Of a stretch of DNA of 64,000 bases, positions 40,578 through 53,760 are shown piece by piece. The notes under the pieces are model-generated. The model saw only the letters and a list, made by a program, of their open reading frames with translations, had not been told where the DNA came from and did not search any database. Where the stretch lies: positions 50,406,001 through 50,470,000 of the forward strand of contig OX597826.1 in the NCBI GenBank assembly GCA_951406725.2, read 5' to 3'. A program made the position numbers and the translations under genes. Source of the stretch: Octopus vulgaris. Its lineage: Eukaryota. Numbering within the stretch: position 1 is the first letter of the stretch; each line of letters begins with the position of its first letter.

Positions 40578-42537
40578 TATATATATGTGTGTGTATATAA
40601 ACTTTGCTCCAGTTTAGATAATAATATTGAGCTATATTTTAGCTACATCTACTTTTCAGTTGCTGGGTTTTGTGACAACAAGCGCAATTTAAAACAGACT
40701 TTTATGATTTTCAAAATGAATTATTGAGATTTTCTTTTCTATTTGACTGACTTACATAATCCCTAATATTTTATTACACTGATATCTCTGTTTACAGGCA
40801 TTCTACTTTATTACCTTCAAAAATTAAAAGTAATAATTAATTACTCTTAGCACCAATATTCTCTCAAGGTGTCTTTAAGAAAAAGTATGTCTAACAATTA
40901 TTGGTGTACTGCATCTACACATTTACCATCTGTTTTTCCATGGGCTGAACAGTTCTCATCGCTCAATGCATCCTGTGTCAGCTGACAGACATAATAGCAG
41001 ACAAAACCAGTCAATTTGGAGTGTATCTTACTATATGGAATCAATGTATCTTATTGTACTACCTGTACTAGAGAGGTTATCTCATTTGGGAGAAATAAAA
41101 ATACTCTCGCTAACCTGTAGCTTTTGTCATTTTAAAGTTACTGCCTTTCTTGATGTATAGCCTGTACTCAGGGCTGTGGAGTTTGTGTTGCTCAAGTTCT
41201 GTTTCTGTTGCTAGATACTCTTCTTGTAGGCAACTACTCTTCAGAGTGTATTGTTTGATGATGGAAAGAAAGCAACCAAGTTTGATAAGTGAGGACCATT
41301 ATTCCAACAAAGATAGCTTACATTCAATGAGGCAACAGAGAGACCAGCTGTAGAGATTAGACAAGTATTTGCAAGTAAGGTAATTAAAAGGAGTAACAGG
41401 AAGGTAGATTTTGGTATCAGAGCATAAAAGTGGACAAAATTTCACTGAGCAGTTTGTACAAATTTTGGGAGGGTAAGTCAATTACATTGACCTCAGTGCT
41501 CAACTGGTACTTATTTTATTGACCCCCAAAAGGGTGATAGGCAAAGTCGGGTGTTATTGGGAAAATACAGGTATCAGGGTGTGTAAGCAATAACTCTAGT
41601 TTGTGATTTAGTTTGACTAACAGAAAGAGAAAGGCTACACAGCAGTGTTGTAAATCCTCTATAACTTTAGTATTGAAGGAAATTTAACTTGGGCCAAACA
41701 GTGAGGTTGATAATAAGGATCATAGCTAAATCTGTTAATGCTATCAGAATGCAGTTTATGATTTACATATACAGGCTGCCAAAATCTTATAAAATATGTT
41801 ATGAATGTAGAAATAATCTGATATCAATATGCCAGGAAATTTGTGGTTGCTGTTGTGAAAATTGATATTGAGTAATAAGTGTGTGATCAATAGAGTTATT
41901 GTATTGATTATATGTTGAGTTTAGTGAAACAATAGAGTCATTGATTACAGTTTTCTCATGAACCAAACAGTTTCACTACATTTCTCACAGTAAGAGGGAC
42001 AAGGGTTCATCAGTGTAATTTGGTGCAAGGGCCCCCCCACACACACACACACCAGGTGTTTTTATATGAAAGTCAGTTTTGTTATTTCTTGACAGTGTTT
42101 ACATCTGTTATTGATTTATATTTATGATATACACATGTATGTGAAAAATATATATATATATATATATAATGTGAGGGCTCATGATCTAGTGATTGTGATT
42201 TCAGTTCCTAGACCAGGTGGTGCATTGTGTTCTTGAGCAAAACACTTCATCTCACGTTGCTCTATGATCACTTCAACACCTGGTGCGTGGTATACTGTGC
42301 ACCTGTTCAGACAACATCGATTTGATGGAGAGAGAGCGAGGTAATGTGTGGCATGAACATTTGATCCCTATAACCAAATCATTTGTACAAGTTGTTTGGC
42401 AAAAGCTGAGTGCTCATATGTTGTCTTCAACAGGAGAGTTCATCGTGTGTGTATATAGCTCAATAGATAGTGTTGGTTGTTGCAAAAAGAGTACTCAGTA
42501 CCATATGAGAGATTGATACGATTAATATATTTTATTT

Positions 42538-42664
42538 TGCTCTAGTTAGTTTCTTGCTACTCTGAGTTTCATCTGTGGGTGCACAGGTTCTTCAGGCAAG
42601 TTATGACCGAAGATCTTGTGCACCCACAAACAAAACTCAGAATAGCAAGAGACCAACTCGACCA
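42538..42664. repeat. Fold-back inverted repeat (small MITE-like hairpin)
   Basis: Arms 42538-42593 and 42609-42664 are largely reverse-complementary, with a 15-nt loop. Confidence 0.85.
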
Positions 42665-42997
42665 TAATAATAGTATAAATATATATATGTATGTATGTGT
42701 GTGTGTGTGTGTATATATATATAATATATATGTGTGTGTGTGTGTGTGTGTACATGTGTTTGTAGACATGTAGTGATATATCATCATTTTTGTTACATCT
42801 GCTTTTTCCACACTGGCATGGATTGCATGGTTCAGCAGGCACCATCTTGCTCCAAAGTCTGATTCACCTTCTTAATGCTAACCGTTTTACAGAGTTTTTT
42901 GGATGCTTACTGACTTAGCATTTGGGAAAGGAAATAATTGAATGAGTCAAGAGTTAGTGAGAGAGAGATATACAAACATATATTTGATGGGCTTGAG

Positions 42998-43376
42998 GTT
43001 AAACATAGAGGGGACAAACAAGGACAGACAAAGGGATTAAGTCAATTACATTGACCCCAGTGCATAACTGGTACTTAATTTATCGAAAGGATGAAAGGCA
43101 AAGTCGGCCTCGGCGGAATTTGAACTCAGAACGTAGCGGCAGACAAAATACCTATTTCTTTACTACCCACAAGGGGCTAAACACAGAGAGGACAAACAAG
43201 GACAGACAAACGGATTAAGTCGATTATATCGACCCCAGTGCGTAACTGGTACTTAATTTATCGACCCCGAAAGGATGAAAGGCAAAGTCGACCTCGGCGG
43301 AATTTGAACTCAGAACATAACGGCAGACGAAATACCTCTAAGCATTTTGCCTGGTGTACTGATGTTTCTGCCACCT
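42998..43376 (-). mobile_element. Dimer of long-tailed SINE B subfamily
   Basis: Two units with the 'ccccttgtgggtagtaaagaaata' type tail, joined at 43152/43153. Confidence 0.85.
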
Positions 43377-45984
43377 CTAAATACTTTCTGTCTGACAAAT
43401 TCCACTTATATAGCATCGGTCATCATTGGGATATGGTAAATGCACTTTGTCTGAGGTGTCATACTGTAAGATTGAACCCAAAACTACTTGGTTGCAATAT
43501 GAACTTCTTTACCTCTTAGCCATCCCTCCAACCCTATTGTACTGAAATCTCAGAAGGGCAGAAAACCAACACTCTGAGCAACATCCCATGTGACAAACTA
43601 AAGACCATGAGTGGTTCCAGTAGTTTATACAAGACAATAAACAAGTTCTGAGAAAAATTTGAGAACTACAGTCATCTGTTGGCCACAAACATGTTTTCTT
43701 TGTACATGGTGCAGGTTTGTTTAGGAAGTTCACTTCCCAATCACATGGTTTCAGGCTCAGTCCTATTGAGTGGCACCTCAGAGAAGTGACTCTACTCACA
43801 TCACACCTTCAAAGGAATAAAAGATCCCTTACTTAGCTGTAAAAGCAATGCTTCAATAACATGTTCATCTAACCGATGTTAGCACGGGAAAATTAAAGAA
43901 TGTAAAAATGAAGGAAAACTATGAGTAGTGATTGGAATAAAAAAAAGAAAAAAATGAATTGCATAAATTTGTGGAAAGTGAGTTGATAACAGGCTTCTCA
44001 AAGACATTGATAAATATATGGAAAAGGAATGTTTTCTGGAATAGATTATATGTCTTGCATGAGAAATAGCCTTTAGATGGTAACAGGCAGGGGTAGGTTT
44101 TTCAAGAATTTAGGATTTGAGTTTTACAAATCTGATAACACAATTAAGATACAGGGGAACCTAGTATTGATGTAGAATTTATACTGACATAAATAGAACT
44201 GACAGTAAGTTTGTTCCCAGACATTGATTTCATTCATACCACATGTGACATAACATCACACACCAATGGTTTCTTGCAAAGTTGCCCTTGACATTTTCAA
44301 ATCTTTGAAACACTTTCTGACATGAAAATCTTGCCGTTGTGGATCTGAAATGCTCTGATTCACATAAGTAATGGATTATGTCTCCCCACTTTATCATGAG
44401 TTGCCAGGATTCCCTCCTCCAGATTCCACTCTATCAATCCCGCTCATTTTCCCCCCCACAATCATTAAGCTACAAAAATTTAAACCAACCATTACTGTTT
44501 TCACACAACCTCTTGGTCTTCTTCAACTTTGAAACTCAATCAGTACTACTTCTGTTCTTCACAATAACTTCTTTTTTGTAAATGTATATTTTTCTTTGAT
44601 CCATCTGAGATACTGTTGAACCTAGGTCTTTTTGAGAAGACCTAGGTTCAAAACTATTGTTTTATGTCGTTGTGTATTCAAAACTACATTTGTTCTTTGT
44701 CTTTTTTATCTTAAGATGACAATGTAAGTTGAATGATATAAGTTGATCCTGCTTTTCTACATTACTAATTGAATATTAACCAAGCCTTCTTTTATATTGC
44801 TAATTTAATATTAGTTAATCTTGCTTCTGTGGTAGTGTTGTCTTCTTTATAATTGAGCCACTGTTAGAGATCAGTATTGCTGAGTCTAATAACTATGTAG
44901 AGGCTCCCATATTAGTTTGCTCAAATTCTGTTTTGAAGGATTGATATTTACTCTGCAAAAGTTATGCTTCTTAAACTTGACTTTCTTCCACTTTGTGACA
45001 CCCTGCTTCATCATCACTGCTATATAGAAACAGGATTGGTGATACATCACAAGAGATTGATCATCCCAAATACTAAAGATTAATAGGACTTTCAACCGTT
45101 TTAAATTCTATTCTTAATTAATCTGTGTTCTAACCATCCTCCATTAATGTATCTATTTATTGTTCTTTGATATAAACAAAACTTCAGATTGAAATTAGAG
45201 ATTTCCATCTTAATTCTAAGCCTTAATATTCTGTTGCATAGATTGTAGCTGTGTCCTGAATAATAACTTTGGAATGTAAGATTATGAAGAAAGACATCTC
45301 AGAATGGATGTTAATTATTTTGCCTTTTATACTTTAACCTGTGAAGCACCAGACAAGATAATTTACTCTAATTTTTCTGTTTCTGCAGTCTTCTAGGTTT
45401 AAGAATTAAATATGGTGCATTTTAGTTGACCATTTACTGGGAGCTTCCCTCTTATGTTGCATTCTTAGCAGAAACTTTTGTGACTTAGGATTTATTTTTT
45501 TGTCGTTTATGTATGGAAAAAGGTAGGATTCAGAGGGATATGCCACTGGAATGTTTTCTCCTTTCTCCTAACAAATTTATTAATGTTTTGAAATCTAAAA
45601 GTTGTGCATATCATATCCTTCACAAACCCTCTTTAATCTTCCCCATGCTGTGTTTCTTGCTGAAATTGCATCACCTATATGTCTGGAGAACTTGGTCTGA
45701 TTTTGTTAGATAATTGTAACTTTTGCATTTACTGATGGGATAAATGGGCTAATTGGAAAACAACTTAAGAAAATCATTTTCTTTTTGTGCCTTATAAATT
45801 TACTCTAATTTTTCTGTTGCTGCAGTCTTCTAGGTTTACGAATTAAATATGGTGCATTTCAGTTGACCATTTACTGGGAGCTTCCTTCTTTTTATTAAAC
45901 TTACCTGAAGAAAAGTACCAAATAATAAATTCCCACCCATATTAATATGTTCACAGTAATGTTGAAGAGATTCACTAATATAAT

Positions 45985-46213
45985 TTAACCCTTTTGTTAC
46001 CATATTTCTGTTGAGATGCTCTGTGTTTCTTCAATTAATTTTAAATATAACAAAGACTTTAGTAAAATAACTTAGTTATCATTAAGTTAGTGCCAGGAAC
46101 ATAAATTGTCACTGAGGTTTGATGGAAGATTTTAATTCAGAACTTTTGAAAACAAGACATTTGTAGTACAAAGCCAGAGGCGATTTCAGGCAGATTGGTG
46201 TCAAAAGGGTTAA
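45985..46213 (+). mobile_element. piggyBac-like MITE
   Basis: TTAA-CCCT...AGGG-TTAA. Confidence 0.9.
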
Positions 46214-47430
46214 ACTGGATTTGTCACTTACCTTACAGGTAAACAAAATGAAATAATAGAAAAAGTAAATTTGAAAGTAGTTTACAAATTTAATTATATA
46301 TACACAAATTAATTATGGAGCATTGTAAAAAATCCAAACTGTACATAATGCAATCTTGCAAAATGCACATTGAAAAGTTATTTCATCTGGATGCATGCAT
46401 TGGAGTTTTCACGTTCTCTTGTGATCATGGATTATCTTCTGATAGGCTGATTTGAGGAGCATATCTCACTGGAAAGCTTTTACCGTTCTCCCAACAAGTT
46501 ATTTTGGATGAATAGCCTGGCTACAACTGCATTGCCACTGCTGTTAGTGGCTACATTGCTTTTCAGCACCTTTCCAATTTAGAATAAAGTTTTTAAAATA
46601 GCATTCACAGTACTTATGTTTTATCATGTATCAAACCTGATATTGCCACCACTTATTACCAAGTGTTCTAAATATCTAATTCACCTCAATTGTAACTGTT
46701 GCTTTACAAGCATCAGTTTAATTTGAATGGAAAGAAAATTACTGTACCTCTTTTTATATGTAGTTTTGTTGAAACAGATATTGTTATAGGGGATGAATTA
46801 AATGCTCATGCTTTTTATTTGATCTTCACTTCAGTTTTTATTCGTATTATTTTTAGTTTATACTTCTGTCATCTGTGACTTCATCAGTGACTCTCTGTCC
46901 CATGTGTCTCCTCTTGTCCTGCTTATTCCATTTCGTCCTTCTACATTACCACGGAAGGATCTCCCCATCCCATCATTAATGGACAGTGGAGTTTTTATCA
47001 ATGTATAACAACCTTTTTTCCCACTGTTGGTATTTCATATATGCAATACTGGCTCTACTGCACTGTAAATATGATACTTGAAACATAGGGTTCACCTGTC
47101 CCCTTGTGGGTGGTAATCCCGGTCAGCTTCTCAACACCTATTATTATATTCAGTGCAAGACTGTAAATCAGGTTTCCTTTTTCTTGTGTTACAGTTTATC
47201 TCTACAGTTGTGAGGTGGAACATTCCAATAGGAATAGCTAAAAGGGAATAGTTGATCAGTCTTCAGTTGTTAGGAAGACTGAGGTTGGGTCTGGTTTCAT
47301 CATCATTTAACAATTTAACATCCCTTTTTAATGGTGGCATGAGTTGGATGGTTTGACAAGAACGGATGAGCTAGAGGGCTGCCAGGCAGGTTCTCTGCTC
47401 TGGCATGGTTTCTATAGCTGGATGCCCTTT

Positions 47431-47818
47431 TATCTTTTATTTGTTTCAGTCACTAGACTGCTGCTATTCTGAGGCACCACCTTGAAGAATTTTTAGTCTA
47501 GTGAATCAACCTCAGTACTTGTTTTTTGAAAAAGACTGGTACTTATTCTGCCAGTCTCTCTTTCGCTGAATCATTAAGTTACTGGGATGTAAACACACTA
47601 ACACCAGCTGACAAGTGGTGGTGGGGGACAAACACACACACACACACACACATATGATGGGCTTCTTTCAGTTTGCATCTATGAAATCCACTCACAAGGC
47701 TTTGGTTGACCTGAGGTTTTAGTAGAAGACACTTGCCCAAGGTGCCTTGCAATGAGACTGAACCTGGAACTCCGAGGTTGAGAGGCAAACTTCTTACCAC
47801 CTAGTGATGCCTGCACCT
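47431..47818 (-). mobile_element. SINE family A
   Basis: Near full-length reverse copy. Confidence 0.85.
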
Positions 47819-48485
47819 GGGTAATTATTTTTTATAGTTTCCACTCTGTTATGCTTCTGAAATAAATTCCTCCATTCTTTCAATATTGCTGTCACCAGAA
47901 TTGCTATCGTCATAGGAAACTGAAATGGCTGGCACTACATCCAACTCAGAGTTATGTTTATTGCATTTCTATTTATTGCTTCTCCTTTCCAGTTGCAGAA
48001 TCACTACAGCTGAATGTGAATGGGTATTCATGTTTTTAACTGACAAATATTATAGAAGAAAAGGTGTTGATAATAATTGCAAGGAAAAAAATTCCAAAAA
48101 ATTAAGAGCATAAAATTTATGTTATAAAAACATTAAATGATGTACAATGTTTATCTAGTGAAATCATAGGGGTGATATTTACATCAGCATTTACCATGGG
48201 ATTGGTAATCTGGTACCATAAAAAGAGGCAATCAATTGGGCAGGGTGGATATTGGTTGATTGTTAGTCATCTTGTATCCTCACAGTAATTTTACTGTCGT
48301 TCTGGCAAAAAAACAATTGATTTTACTTTTTTCTTTTTAAAAATAATGACTCTGGTGTTTATGGGAAAATTATTCATGATAGACTAGCATCCTATACAAG
48401 ATATGATTTAACTCTCATCTGTTTAACATGACAGAAACCATTGATTAACATTGACCCTATTGAAACTTTGTGGTTTAGAAAACGA

Positions 48486-48670
48486 TTAATCCTTTAGCAT
48501 TTGGATTATCCTGTAAAATGTTATGCTTATTTGTTTATATTATTTTGTATTAATCATGCATTATCTCGTAACTTCAAAACCTTGATGATGTGACTGTTTA
48601 TTTTTAAAATGACATTATAGGGTTGGTGTGAAAGGCCTGATATAGCCAGTTTAATTGCTAAAGGGGTTAA
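48486..48670. mobile_element. Second piggyBac-like MITE family
   Basis: TTAA-TCCTTTAGCA...TGCTAAAGGGG-TTAA. Related copy at ~11300-11526. Confidence 0.7.
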
Positions 48671-49440
48671 AGATTAACTATGTATTTCCGTAATACATTC
48701 ACACACATGCATTCACACAAACACTTGGGTTTAACAAGGGAGCTTCTGTGTGGTCATTGGAAATGCTAGAAATAACATGGTCATAACTAGAATGCCTTTG
48801 AAGAGAGAGTAGAGATGGATGGAGAAGTGAAGGTGGACATGGATAGAGTGGTGAGTATAGACTAGCACAGTCTCTCATACATAAGCCTTGTGGAGGACAG
48901 GAATGTAGAGTGATGGGTGGGCACAGATAGGCTTGGCAGGATACAAAGATACACATATATACATGTGTGTGTGTGTGTGTGTATATAAATATAAAATCAA
49001 AACTGACAGAAATAAACACCAACATACACACTTGCACTATACAGTATCAGGTGGTTCTGTGCAACATCTGAAAATACTAATAAAACTTTAGCATTCATAG
49101 TACTAAGTGTTCTGGTATTTCAGCCTATGCATATATCTTAATCTATACTATATAAAAATATAATGAACTGAAACGAAAACACATTATTTTGTAATGGAGA
49201 GCAGATAAGTTTCCTCTTACAAAAAATGAATCATCATCATCGTTATGTCCTCAATAAAGGAAGAACTTTGATTGCCAATTTGAAAATGATCTCATTTATT
49301 TACAAATGGGTTAAATTTGTTCTTATCTACCTCACTGCATACTTATATTGCTTATCTTTGCACCATCTACAATCATTTAGCAAGTGGTCTCTGTCTCGCA
49401 TGTACGTATATCTGTTCTAAAAATAAAATTATATAAATAG

Positions 49441-49532
49441 CTGGAGGAGAGGCCATTACTCGTGAACTTTACCCTGGCTGCTCCTTTGTATTGACACCCA
49501 CCATCCAGACCGGGTGTAATTGTTACAACTGA
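49441..49532 (+). CDS. Candidate terminal exon (phase 1: AGGEAITRELYPGCSFVLTPTIQTGCNCYN*)
   Basis: Sharp AT-to-GC transition exactly at TAG| 49440, then a 30-codon open frame. The pyrimidine tract is weak. Confidence 0.3.
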
Positions 49533-51047
49533 TGCTTGAACATCAGCAAGCATGGATGTTAAAGGAACCAGGACCTGATTGGAATGCTTGCGACAGAAAG
49601 AACTCTTAGAGGTATTGAAGGAGGTGATGGTGTTAAACTAGACTGCAGAGAAGGGGACTGATACCCAAGTTAAGGTTTGCTAAAAGCATAAGCTCATGTC
49701 GTACCTAGGTTGTATATAGATAGCTGATAATGTCTTCATTTTCTAGATAATTTTTATTTATAAAACTTAGGTGAGAGGAATATAAGGCCACAATTTGGAA
49801 TCTTTTGTCATGGCCATGGCCAAGACAGATTTTAACTGCAGAAGTTCATTCCTCTGCAAATGACAGATATGGTCATGTGATTAAATGGTTCATTTGGGGA
49901 GCCACACACGTCTAGATTTGATTGCACTGCACAATAACTTTGGGCAAGTGCCTTCCACTATAGTTTGAGATGAATTCAAGCTTTGTAAATGTAATTTGGT
50001 AAACAAAACTATAGGAATTTCATTCAACAGATTACATTTGTTCTTGGGTGGTGGACTTCAAGTGTCGGCTTAACACCACCACCTTAGCCTTGGTTAACTC
50101 CTTTAGTGGTGTCCACTCTATTGCAAACACCTGGACCAGATTTCCTATATGAAAATAAATTACAATTTATCTGGAGGTCTTAGCCAGTATCCTTTCTGCT
50201 TTCTTGACTTGACCATTAAAGAAACATCCCCCTCGAAAAAGTGACACATATAAGTGGATTTCAGTTCAGCTGTGTAAGTTAACAAAGCATTTATCGCATA
50301 ATAGTGCACTCTGACAGTTTACTGTACTGCTCTTGTTGGGTTTTACAAACTACCCATGAGACACAATATACAGGAGTGTCAGTGATAGTGTTGCTACCAC
50401 CATACTTTTATTGACGTGAACATGTACTATCCAGTTCACAAACAAAGAAGTCATTTGTTGTCCCTTTTTTGTGCAAAGCAATATAATTTGATATTGTTCA
50501 GTGATATTGGTGAAATTTACTGATTGTCATATTTGTGGTTGGGTAATTCTATTGGTCACAAACAAGCCACTAGTAGAAGCCTCTGCGTGGTTTCTTGATT
50601 TGCTATTGATAACATCCTAGACATCCTCAAGTCATATCCTGCTGAGAGGAATACATTACATAATGTAGTTTGCATATATATTATGTCTGATTGGGGGGTA
50701 GGATGGTCACAAGTGGAACACCTGTTGTCACGGGCCTGCTGATTCTGGGTTCATTTGGGGCTAAACAGCAACTCTTCAAAAACATACACTCACACACTTA
50801 GACATAAACACATTGAAAACATTACAGCTGTTATTTTCACCACTGTTTTCTTTCTGGTAACAACATAGGTTTAAATTTAATTTATTATTACATAATGATT
50901 AATGTAATTTGCTTTCACCATCAAAATCCTTAGGCTTGTAATCCTGCTAATGAATAAATGAATGAGCCCTGTTCAGAACTTCGAAAATGAACTATAAAGC
51001 ATATATATATTTCACTTGAAGCTCTTTAACACTTTGCAGTGTTTATC

Positions 51048-51274
51048 TTAACCCTTTTGTTACCATATTTCTGTTGAGATGCTCTGTGTTTCTTTCAATT
51101 AATTTTAAATATAACAAAGAATTTAGTAAAATAACTTAATCACTAAACTAGTGTTAGGGACATAAATTGTAATTAAGGCTTGGTAGAAGATTTTAATTCA
51201 AAACTTATGAAAACAAGACATTTGTACTACAGAGCCAGAGGCAGTTTTAGCCGGGTTGGTATCGAATGGGTTAA
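51048..51274 (+). mobile_element. piggyBac-like MITE
   Basis: TTAA-flanked copy of the same family. Confidence 0.9.
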
Positions 51275-52583
51275 TGAAAAAAATAGTTGAATACAAACTA
51301 TGAACTTTGTGAAATATATCTTTCTTTTTTTTTTGCTAAATATGTTGCTCCTAAAAATCGTTTCTCTCTCTCTTTCTCTCTCACCTCTCTCACACACACT
51401 TCATTTTGTATCTGGTTTGCAAGATTCCTTATGTGAATTCATGTGATGAAACAAACTTTGTTGTGCTTGTGCCTTAATATGACATGCTCACTGGTTCAAT
51501 TACCACTCATTTAGTTATATATACATGTGTGTGTGTGTCTATACACACACATACATACAGATTGATCCTACTTGGATTCACTGCAATGTAGTAACCTGTC
51601 AGTTAAGAGGTTTACTTCCCAACCACATCATTTTCTCTTCAGTTCAACTTTGACACCTTGGGTGTCTTCTACTGTAGCCCTAGGCCAACCAAAATCTTGT
51701 GAATGGATTTGGTAGATAGAAATTGAAGGAAGCCTGTTTGAGAGAGAGAGAGAGAGTGTGTATGTTTGTGTTTCCTTGACTTGACATCACATGGCAGTTG
51801 TAAATGAGTGTCACTGTCATACAAACAGCTGTTATTCGTCCCAATATTCTGCAAAAACATGTCTTGCTTGGAAACAGGTGAGGGCTGGCAACAGGAAGAG
51901 CATCCAGTCATAGAAAATCTGCCTCGCTAAAAAAGTCTGTCCAACCCATGCAAGCATGGAAAAGTGAATGTTGAAATGATAATAATGACGACACATATAC
52001 ATAGTGTGTGTGTAGTCCTGACTCTATGATACAGAGTTCATTTTGTCATTATGTAGTCAGTTCTGTTTTATTCTACAATACTTTGGGAAAGTGTCTTCTT
52101 CTGTAGCTTTGGCTGACTAGCACCTTGGGATTGAGGTAAGTAGATGGAAACTATGTAAGTCCATTGTGTGTGTGAAAGTTTACATTTTGAACATAGCATG
52201 GAAGTGCTGAGCTGATAAGAAATTACTGGTGTTTGTTGACATTCCCTGTGAAAAAAATCATCTAGCCTTGTTTTTGGAATCAAGTAGAATAAATAATCCC
52301 TTATATGCAAAACAGGTAAAGTTTTGAGACACGAGTGGCATCCATCTATAAAACAATAAATATTCCTCCAACTCATGCTAGCTTGGGAAAATGGATGTAA
52401 GAGTGAAGTGTAATAAAATCCTCAAATTTTAGTACAAGGCCAGCAATTTTGGTGGCAGGGGTTTGCTTAGCTGGTACTTATTTCACTTGATCCCTAAAGG
52501 AAGAAAGGCAAAGTCAACCTGGGCAATATTTGAACTCAGAGTGAAATATAAATTCATATTTGTTACAACTGTGTTCTCACCTG

Positions 52584-52627
<44 letters not shown>

Positions 52628-52922
52628 TGCTCCAGTTTAGCTGTAAATAGTTCCTATATAGATTACATATTGCAGTTGTACCCATATGCATTGGGAGTAA
52701 TATGTAATTGAAAAGAGTTTTATTTTTTCCATATAAAACTCATATCATAGCTTCTTATGATCATAGCTTGCTGTGGCATTATATTCAAGTTGCAAGACTA
52801 AACAACCTGTTGATGGATAGAAGACAGGATGGTTGGTCACAAGTATCTTGTTTCGGAAAATTTTATCAACTAACTGTATATGTTATTTGTTATATGCATA
52901 CATCTCTGCATGTATACATACA

Positions 52923-52965
<43 letters not shown>

Positions 52966-52973
52966 TCCCTCAC

Positions 52974-53042
<69 letters not shown>

Positions 53043-53414
53043 ATCACAGTCACAGATAACCTTTTAAATTTATGGCCTAAAATGTTGTTGTTTTTGACAT
53101 TGCTAATCCTTTAGCATCTTCTTGGTTTAGTAATAATTTGACAACATTTATAAACCCATTATCTCCTGATTAAAACAATTTACATATTAGCCCAAGACCC
53201 CAACTACAACTCTCGAAGTAACTTTATGCATTTCAGAGATAATACTGGATTTCAGTGGTACTTTCCCTAAAACATTTTTAATGCCCCCCTGTCCAGATTC
53301 TGAAGTATTAACTGCAAACATGTAGACTCTATAAACAGAAATTTATCAATCTACATTAATTAGTAAAACTATGCAGTAGTGTATTTTCCTATTTATAAAT
53401 ATAATTTACAAATA

Positions 53415-53760
53415 CAAGGGTGAGTCAAAAATTATCTGCACTTTTACCAAAACTTTCTTTAGGTTAAGTCACACTGCCTTCAGTGCTTATATACTTAAAG
53501 GTGATGCTCTTGTGGTTATATAACTGAGGTTTGGTCTTGATTGTTCCCATTCTTTTCTTGTATTACATTAAACATGGCTGCTCTGCTGGCAATGTGCACC
53601 AAAGAAGAACAGAAATCAGTGATCTGGTTTCTCTGGTCTGAAGGTGTGTCTGGCTGAAATTCATTGTAGGCTTTTAGTACAATACAAGGACAGCACCCTA
53701 CCATGTAGAAGTGTGTGTGTGAGGAGATCAAGAAATTTAATGGACAATTGAAAGAAAAGG
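53415..53760 (+). mobile_element. Mariner 5' end with transposase N-terminus, decayed
   Basis: TA + CAAGGGTGAGTCAAAAATTAT terminus. ATG at 53574 gives MAALLAMCTKEEQKSVIWFLWSEGVSG / EIHCRLLVQYKDSTL (mariner HTH). Confidence 0.75.

Noticed and set aside
45270-45291. TGGAATGTAAG, resembling miR-1
   Set aside because: No complementary star arm upstream, and the 3' half mismatches.
50306-50390. Extended imperfect hairpin (CTGACA/TGTCAG, CTGTA/TACAG, TGGGT/ACCCA)
   Set aside because: Too many large bulges to call a miRNA or other structured RNA.
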